Below the pieces are notes generated by a model. That model was not told where the DNA came from. It saw only the letters and a program-made list of their open reading frames with translations, and made no database searches. Position numbers and translations under genes: made by a program. DNA of 64,000 bases. Source: Candidatus Bathyarchaeia archaeon. Its GTDB lineage: Archaea; Thermoproteota; Bathyarchaeia; Bathyarchaeales; Bathycorpusculaceae. Of this stretch, positions 59,319-64,000 are shown piece after piece. Location: assembly GCA_049521795.1 (NCBI GenBank), contig JBEKOM010000002.1:64001-128000 (forward strand), written 5' to 3'. Every line of letters begins with the position of its first letter. Position 1 is the first letter of the stretch.

Positions 59319-59546
59319 AGCCACCGGTTCACGTCCTCTTGACAAATATCGGCACCCACCTTTACGCTTGCCAGTAAAACGCATTTAAGTCTTTGTTCGT
59401 TAGTATGATCTTTGAAACAGAGCACAGATCTATTTTCGTATCTGTGTTAGCACGTGCGGTGTCAGCCTTTTCCTCAGGCGTTCAACCAAAACTTTGCAAA
59501 GACGAACTGATTGGCACTGGGCCTGCCAGTGCGCGCGTGCGCATCG

Positions 59547-59813
59547 TTATTCTTCAGTTATTTCCAAGATCACTCTTCCCTTGGGGTCTGGGCATTCCAC
59601 ATCGATGACCTTGGGCAGCCAATCGTTGGGTTCATCTATTTTTCTCTGCTTAGCCGGCAGCAGTGGAAGAAGGCTTGAGAGGGCATAAATGCAAAAGTGC
59701 TTGTTCTCTCCGGGGAAGCTCAGTTTCCCGCCTTCGAGTCTGAAGCAGTCTCCGACTTTGTGGGTGTCGCAAGAGCCGCCGATTGCTTTAACTCTGACGA
59801 TTAGAGTTTTCAA
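59547..59813 (-). CDS. TIGR04076-like small Cys protein
   Basis: GSC..HKVGD.F..FC.YAL..LLP..CPDP. Confidence 0.75.
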   Translation of the reverse strand: MKTLIVRVKAIGGSCDTHKVGDCFRLEGGKLSFPGENKHFCIYALSSLLPLLPAKQRKIDEPNDWLPKVIDVECPDPKGRVILEITEE

Positions 59814-59919
59814 GATGGTTTCAAAATGGATAAAAACAGCTTTCAACTTAAAGGTTTCCCATACAGAGGTTTGCCAACATCGTGTTAGATTTCCGTGGAT
59901 GGAGACGTAATTTGTTCAG

Positions 59920-60393
59920 ATGAAGAGAATCTTAGTTAACGTTGACCGATGCTCCGGGTGCAGACTGTGCGAACTAGCATGCTCGTTCACACATGAAAAA
60001 CGGTTCGGACCTTCCGCGTCAAGGGTAACCGTTATGAAAGAGGACGGTTTAGGCTTCGACTTACCGGTCATCTGCTGGCACTGTGACCACTGCAAACCCG
60101 CAGAAAGTTGCCTTGCAAACGCCCTGGAAAGAAACGCGGAAGGACTCATCTGCGTAGACGAAGAGAAGTGCACAGGCTGCGGTAACTGCGTCGAGTTATG
60201 CCCTTCGGGCGCGATCAAACTTCATCCGAACAAGCATACGCCTCTGTTATGCGACCAGTGCGACGGAAGGCCGTTGTGCGTCGAAAAGTGCCCTACAAAA
60301 GCGTTAACGTACGCGGAAACGAGAACGCAGCAGCCCAAATCGGCCAACAGAGTTCTTGAAGAAACGTTGAGAAGGTGGAGGGTCACTGTCTAA
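59920..60393 (+). CDS. 4Fe-4S dicluster electron-transfer subunit (AOR partner)
   Basis: Four Cys clusters: CSGCRLCELAC, CWHC..C, CTGCGNCVELCP, CDQC..CVEKCP. Confidence 0.93.
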   Translation: MKRILVNVDRCSGCRLCELACSFTHEKRFGPSASRVTVMKEDGLGFDLPVICWHCDHCKPAESCLANALERNAEGLICVDEEKCTGCGNCVELCPSGAIKLHPNKHTPLLCDQCDGRPLCVEKCPTKALTYAETRTQQPKSANRVLEETLRRWRVTV

Positions 60394-62350
60394 GTATTTT
60401 GGTTACGCTGGCAGAATTCTCAGAGTGAACCTTGCAAAGAATAAGGTCAGCGTCAAGCCCACCGAAAAACGGTTGATAATGGAGTTTCTCGGCGGAAGAG
60501 GCTTCAATTCGAGGAGGCTTTACGAAGAAGTTCCCAAAGGTGTCGCTCCTCTCTCCGCTGAGAACAAGCTCATGTTTGCGACAGGCCCTCTTGTCGGCAC
60601 GGCGTTCCCTTTAGGTGCGAGGTTCAACGTGAGCGCGAAGTCTCCGCTCACGGGAATACTGGGAGATTCAAACGCTGGAGGCCATTTTGCCGCGGAAATG
60701 AAGTTCGCTGGGTACGATCAGATAATAGTTGAGGGAAGAAGCCCGAAGCCCTGCTATGTTTTCGTCCAGGACCAAGAAGTTCATGTCAACGACGCGGAAC
60801 ATCTCTGGGGAAAAGACGTTTACGAAGCAACTGAAACCATAAGAAAAGACCTAGCCGACTCACACGTGCAAGTGGCAACGGTTGGTCCTGCGGCCGAGAA
60901 CCTTGTCCTCTACGCGGGAATATTTGCTAATTTTGTTAGGCCTGCTGCCAGAACTGGAATGGGCACGGTTATGGCTTCCAAGAACTTGAAGGCCATAGTG
61001 CTGAGGGGAACGGGCAGCATCAACATCGCTGACTCCGATGCTTTCTGGAAAATCGCTGAAGAAGTGGAGAGAGAGACATACGCTCATCCGCAGTACTGGC
61101 CGCGCAGACAGATGGGGACAACCAGAATTCTAAGCCTCGCCGACAAGCTTGGTTTTCTGCCAACGAGACACTTCACTTCCGCCACTTTCGAGCACGCAGC
61201 CGACGTTAGCGGCGAAAGACTGGCAAGAGAATATAACGTCAAGAATCGCGCGTGCTTCTCATGCATAGTTCCGTGCAGCAGGATCTACAGGATAAGAGAA
61301 GGAGATTACGCTGGCCTTCACGGTGAAGGACCGGAGTACGAGGCTTTAAGCAGCTTCACTGCCAGAGTGGGAAACGCAAACCTGAACCTGGCGTTGAAGG
61401 CTGTTGACTTAACAAACAGGCTCGGCCTAGACGCGATAACAACCGCCGAATGCATTGCCTGGGCAATGGAGCTCTATGAAGGAGGACAGTTAAAGAAAAA
61501 GGAGACCGGCGGGGTTGAACTGAAATGGGGCAACGAAGAGGCTATACTCGGACTGATCACGAAAATAGCTTATCGAGACGGGTTTGGAGACCTGCTTGCT
61601 GACGGAGTGAAAAGAGCAGCTGAAAAACTTGGAAAGGGAAAGGAAATAGCTTTTCACGTGAAGGGCCTAGAGCTCATTCAGGCTGACCCTCGAGGTTTGA
61701 AGGGTTACGGCTTGGGCTACGCGGTCTCAAGCAGGGGAGCTGACCATTTGAGGTCTGAACCTTTCCTAGAGCTAAGCGATGACCCAGACAAAGGCTTGAA
61801 GATGTTCGGCGTCCGCGAAGCAACTCAGAGGCTTGCACACAGAGGAAAGGGTAAACTGATACGTTACTGTGAAAACTGGTGCGCAATAATAGATTCCTTG
61901 GAAATCTGCAAAAACCTAGCTGAAAACATGGAGCTCTTGCCCTTTGACAGGGCAGCCGCGATAACGAATGCCGCAACGGGTCTTCCCTTCACAAAAGATA
62001 TGATGTATGAAATCGGAGAAAGAATAGTCAACCTTGAAAGAGCCTATGTTGTCCGAGAAGGAATCACGAGAAAAGATGACTACTTACCCGCAAGATTCTT
62101 GAAGGAACCTCTGCCAAACGGAAATTCGAAAGGTTCAGTGTTCGAGATCGAGCCCATGCTCGATGAATACTATGAAGAAAGAGGATGGGACGCCAACGGC
62201 GTCCCGAAGACAGATAAACTCAGGGAAACGCGCCTAGAATTCGTAATCCAAGATTTGAAAAGAAGTGCGATTCGAACCGCCAAGAAAAAGAAAGTTAAGA
62301 ATAGTATTTCTTGCACGCCCCTCTCAAAGGGAAACTTGCGCCAGTATTAG
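60386..62350 (+). CDS. aor: Tungsten/molybdenum aldehyde:ferredoxin oxidoreductase
   Basis: GYAGRILRVNL, GGRG, KSPLTG..SNAGG, ARTGMGTVMASKNLKA, CFSC..C, GPEYE, LGLD, DSLEIC; probable CTG start at 60386. Confidence 0.95.
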   Translation: MSKYFGYAGRILRVNLAKNKVSVKPTEKRLIMEFLGGRGFNSRRLYEEVPKGVAPLSAENKLMFATGPLVGTAFPLGARFNVSAKSPLTGILGDSNAGGHFAAEMKFAGYDQIIVEGRSPKPCYVFVQDQEVHVNDAEHLWGKDVYEATETIRKDLADSHVQVATVGPAAENLVLYAGIFANFVRPAARTGMGTVMASKNLKAIVLRGTGSINIADSDAFWKIAEEVERETYAHPQYWPRRQMGTTRILSLADKLGFLPTRHFTSATFEHAADVSGERLAREYNVKNRACFSCIVPCSRIYRIREGDYAGLHGEGPEYEALSSFTARVGNANLNLALKAVDLTNRLGLDAITTAECIAWAMELYEGGQLKKKETGGVELKWGNEEAILGLITKIAYRDGFGDLLADGVKRAAEKLGKGKEIAFHVKGLELIQADPRGLKGYGLGYAVSSRGADHLRSEPFLELSDDPDKGLKMFGVREATQRLAHRGKGKLIRYCENWCAIIDSLEICKNLAENMELLPFDRAAAITNAATGLPFTKDMMYEIGERIVNLERAYVVREGITRKDDYLPARFLKEPLPNGNSKGSVFEIEPMLDEYYEERGWDANGVPKTDKLRETRLEFVIQDLKRSAIRTAKKKKVKNSISCTPLSKGNLRQY

Positions 62351-62439
62351 TGTGCTGAGCCTTTGAGGGTGGGCAACATACAAGGAAAGCATTTTTCAAC
62401 ACGAATAGTTCAATAAGCTGCATAAGGAGTTGCCATCGT

Positions 62440-62946
62440 ATGCAACAACAGATGATTCGAAAGGAAGTAGTCGTCAATGCACCTGTGAAGGCGGTCTGGG
62501 ACGCGTGGACGACGCCGGAAGGCGCTGTCACCTTCTTCGCGCCGAGGGCTAACATCAGGCTTGCAGTAGGTGGACCGTACGAGCTGTTCTTTGACCTTGA
62601 CGCTCCAGAGGGCTCACAAGGAAGCGAGGGTTTGAAGATACTCAGCTTTCTTCCCATGGAAATGCTCTCGTTCGAATGGAGTACGCCGCCAGAATATCCC
62701 ACCCTACGCAAAGGACAACGCACATGGGTTGTGGTGCAATTCTACCCGCGCGGCCAAAATGAAGTTCAAATCAGACTGACTCACCTCGGCTGGAAAGAAG
62801 GCGACGAGTGGGACAAAGTGTTTCAGTACTTCAAACGCGCATGGGACATCGTCCTCGGAAGACTAGAACTCAGATTTTCCAAGGGCCCTATCGACTGGAA
62901 CAATCCTTACTCCATTCCCAAGAGTATGACGTTTGAAGCCCCTTGA
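62440..62946 (+). CDS. SRPBCC/AHSA1-like domain protein
   Basis: VNAPVKAVWDAWTT..GGPY..LSFEW..LTHLGW..W..L.RL. Confidence 0.88.
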   Translation: MQQQMIRKEVVVNAPVKAVWDAWTTPEGAVTFFAPRANIRLAVGGPYELFFDLDAPEGSQGSEGLKILSFLPMEMLSFEWSTPPEYPTLRKGQRTWVVVQFYPRGQNEVQIRLTHLGWKEGDEWDKVFQYFKRAWDIVLGRLELRFSKGPIDWNNPYSIPKSMTFEAP

Positions 62947-63057
62947 AAACAGACACGCTGAAATCGTGTCATAGAACCCTACATTAATTGAACAGAAGTA
63001 AACAGATGAAAAGACACACGCGGGCCATGTTATGGAGACCTAACAAGGGAGCGTAGG

Positions 63058-63252
63058 CTACCGCTTTGCGAATTTTTCTGAATGCAGTTCTCCACCGGTT
63101 GCCCAGTTGGTTTTCGGCGTTTCGTAAATGATGACTGTGACCGCTTCTTTCGGGATGCCCAGTTCCTCAAGCACCTTCGTTATTCCTTCAACGACTTTCT
63201 TCTTGTTCTCTTCACTCCATCCAGCCCAAACAGAGACTTGAACCAAAGGCAA
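63058..63252 (-). CDS. 4-oxalocrotonate tautomerase family protein
   Basis: TTG start followed by the catalytic Pro-1: PLVQV..G.SEENKK..IT..V.V..E....NWATGG. Confidence 0.88.
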   Translation of the reverse strand: MPLVQVSVWAGWSEENKKKVVEGITKVLEELGIPKEAVTVIIYETPKTNWATGGELHSEKFAKR

Positions 63253-63318
63253 TTCAACTACCCCAAAGTAATGATAGCTTATTTCCACCTATAAAGGCAC
63301 AGCGCGTACTTCGCTGAT

Positions 63319-63867
63319 TCAAGAACGGATTTCTCGATCTTCTGCTGACTGCTTCTGAAAGTAAGATCTGAATAAACTGTATCTCTGCAGGCGTGGCCAA
63401 CCAGTCTTTGCGTAGATTAGTTTGTCTGGATTTCTCTTCAGCCAGTTCATCATGTGGAAGAAGCTCTTTGCCTTTTTCTCGTCTCTCTCTTTCACAGGCT
63501 CATAACCCAAGTTTCTGACTTCGTCAAGGTATGCTATTTCCGTCAGCCTCTGCGGTTCGCCGGTAACTACGATTCTCTCGATTTGATTGTCGCCATACAT
63601 CTCTCTCAAACGATCTACCGCTTCGTCGAAGATGTAGCCTCTGCAGATTTGAATTCGTTCGTCTTTCTTGAGTCCGAGTTTGTTCAATAGTTGAAACACG
63701 ATTGTTGAAGCCTGTGTCAGATACTCCTTTGATCGGAATCGCGGATATCTGAAGTATTTGACATCCACGATATCGTATCTGAATTCCTGAGTCTCGCAGC
63801 GAAAGGCAGCTATGACCACGCCAAAAAGAAGGTCGCCTATGCCAGCATCATCAACAATTATTGTCAG
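63319..63867 (-). CDS. RNase H-fold hypothetical protein
   Basis: In-frame upstream extension TIIVDDAGIGDLLFGVVIAAF resembles the RNase HII DEAGRG motif; start uncertain (CTG at 63867). Confidence 0.65.
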   Translation of the reverse strand: MTIIVDDAGIGDLLFGVVIAAFRCETQEFRYDIVDVKYFRYPRFRSKEYLTQASTIVFQLLNKLGLKKDERIQICRGYIFDEAVDRLREMYGDNQIERIVVTGEPQRLTEIAYLDEVRNLGYEPVKERDEKKAKSFFHMMNWLKRNPDKLIYAKTGWPRLQRYSLFRSYFQKQSAEDREIRS

Positions 63868-64000
63868 TTAACGCCATCCCCTTGTGTAAGAGATAAATGA
63901 AACACACGCGCATTCGTAAAAATGCCCCATATGCGTCTTATATCGTTTACTTTTCGGGGTTCTGTAAACTCTCCGTTTGGTTTGTCTCCTTGTAAACATT

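Noticed and set aside
1-64000. Transposases, integrases, proviral genes, rRNA
   Set aside because: No DDE or tyrosine-recombinase motifs, capsid-like ORFs or rRNA-like segments recognised.

Overview
Archaeal chromosomal segment. Gene content points to Bathyarchaeia (inference from membrane LonB, Nop5/fibrillarin, TrmI, Trm1, a Fae domain, FtsZ with a CdrS-like RHH, PEF-CTERM and cohesin/dockerin surface proteins, and AOR). It mixes housekeeping genes (lonB, trmI, pncB, mtaB, metG, hom, trm1, rnhB, nop5-flpA, pyrDK, aor) with regulatory and accessory islands and several decayed genes. I found no rRNA, complete tRNA, CRISPR array or transposase. The main candidate is at 29.7-34.3 kb. An unannotated 16-codon ORF on the minus strand (31733-31783, MKKAKKRNVPVRVYPI) has its own SD-like site and a TATA-like box bracketed by an inverted repeat. 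It lies tail-to-tail with a polyprenyl-synthase homologue that keeps the first DDxxD motif but has lost the IPP-binding residues and the second motif, as in the peptide prenyltransferase ComQ. The pair is flanked by an MFS protein, a SPASM radical SAM enzyme and two divergent PadR regulators, so it may be an archaeal ComQX-like prenyl-peptide signalling or RiPP locus. Other notable items are a DapA-Fae fusion, a cohesin/dockerin scaffold set with a recent domain duplication, an FtsZ with a degenerate T7 loop, a PNGase-like protein, tandem DUF72 genes, and three phased operator-like repeat arrays. All family assignments come from recognising motifs by eye; no database search was run.
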